A stretch of DNA of 63,999 nt, counting the filler, from Octopus bimaculoides (lineage: Eukaryota), in assembly GCF_001194135.2 (NCBI RefSeq). It is 8 parts of 8 records of this genome, joined end to end, with 100 filler letters (N's around TTAATTAATTAA, not from the genome) between each part and the next. Parts side by side here need not be neighbours in the genome. Positions count along the whole stretch, not along the records: positions 62,931 to 63,999 come from NW_026350107.1; 7 more parts are not named here. One strand, given 5' to 3'. Below, in pieces: positions 62,931-63,999 of the stretch. Within the stretch, counting starts at the first letter, position 1, and every line of letters begins with the position of its first letter. Below the pieces are notes generated by a model, which was not told where the DNA came from, ran no database searches, and saw only the letters and a program-made list of their open reading frames with translations. Position numbers and translations under genes: made by a program.

Positions 62931-63049
62931 TATAAACAAGCAGAATAAAAGAAATGCCACATTAGCATAAAAATGATATTAAAGATCAAGTAGTCAGATA
63001 CAATATGCAGATGTTTAGATTCATTACATATTAATAGTACAATAGTATA

Positions 63050-63999
63050 CAAACATAAAAAGAACCTTTCACCTCTACTTTAAAATGTACATATCTGCTT
63101 ATAACATGATTTAGGATTGTGAATAATTTCCCACACCAATATGGTTTTACTTCTGCATTTTTATCATCATTAATGTGATTGTGTCTCTGAAATAAAATTT
63201 AAGGGCAAATAACAGTGAACAGATCTTTCTCCTGAGTGATTTACATCACTGGAACTTGGAGAATCATTTCCAACACATTTCTAAATACTACCTTATCTTG
63301 CAGCCTGTTTTCATTCAGCTGTAGGTCACAACATTTATTCACATTGAATGGTTTTTCCTATTTCACATTGATATACACTAAGTGTTTAGTGATTTATTTT
63401 ACAATTCACAAATAAGGATCTCAAACATTTTAGTGAATGGGTTCCTTTCAAATAAGAACAGTTTGGTAGATGACACCACAAGAATTCAATGAGAATTATT
63501 ACCAACATATTACACCAGGATAACTGTTCACCAATGTGTACTTGTTAGTGGACTGTTTAACCCTTTAACATTGATTACNNNNNNNNNNTGTCAAATGTAA
63601 TGCTTATTTATTCACATTGTTTTGAACTAATCATGAATTATCTTGTAGCTTCAAGTGTTTGATGATGTGAATGTTTATTTTTAGAATGATATTGTAGAGT
63701 AAGTGTGAGAGACCAGATTTGGCAGGCAGAATACTTTGGCCAGTTTAAATTTGCAAGAGAATTTCTCATGTTTCAGAGACAAAAATAAAGCTTTCTTCCA
63801 GTGTGTATATGGATTAATCTTATTAAAAGGTTGTTACTCATAAATCATTTCCCACACATTTCACATTAATATTACTTTTCATCAGGATGACTACAGCTGC
63901 AGATAACACAAGGAAGTCTGTATGAATAATTTTCCACATTGTTCACAATGAAATTGCGTTTCTCTCCAGTCTATATTCTTTTGTGTCTTCTTAAATCAT
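63050..63999 (-). pseudogene. degenerate C2H2 zinc-finger array
   Basis: Remnant motifs DLRRHKRI*TGEK, FHCEQCGKLF, EK*Y*CEMCGK, IHIHTG, QVHIGEQLSWCN and NHSGERS, with many stops and frameshifts. Confidence 0.75.
63557..63750 (+). mobile_element. piggyBac-like MITE (TTAA|CCCTTT... start, right end eroded) inside the zinc-finger relic
   Basis: Starts TTAACCCTTTAACATT; body resembles an abundant octopus repeat from recollection; right TIR not seen. Confidence 0.55.

Overview
This is AT-rich eukaryotic DNA, rich in microsatellites and gaps. Its SINE, RTE-LINE and MITE families and its C2H2 zinc-finger relics match my recollection of an octopus (coleoid cephalopod) draft assembly; that assignment is inference and was not searched. 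The window is not contiguous: seven identical 100-bp spacers (44 N + TTAATTAATTAA + 44 N) join eight separate sequence pieces. I found no intact protein-coding gene I can support, and almost all ORFs in the track are microsatellite or N-run artefacts. Supported content is: one tRNA-Leu(AAG); a nearly full-length decayed RTE-clade LINE plus a 5'-truncated second copy and older fragments; two Penelope-like (GIY-YIG) fragments; an R4/Dong-like 3' fragment; many copies of two tRNA-derived SINE families; hAT, Tc1/mariner, piggyBac-like and foldback MITEs; a Helentron-type HINE; two solo LTRs; and a degenerate C2H2 zinc-finger array. The best leads are hammerhead-ribozyme-like motifs (one with an upstream antisense 'lock'), a tRNA + SINE-tail cassette inserted precisely into a minisatellite unit, a TATA-bearing tandem array just 5' of the RTE LINE, two solo LTRs sharing the same ATAAC target duplication, an R4-like element inside (CATA)n, and several long hairpins.
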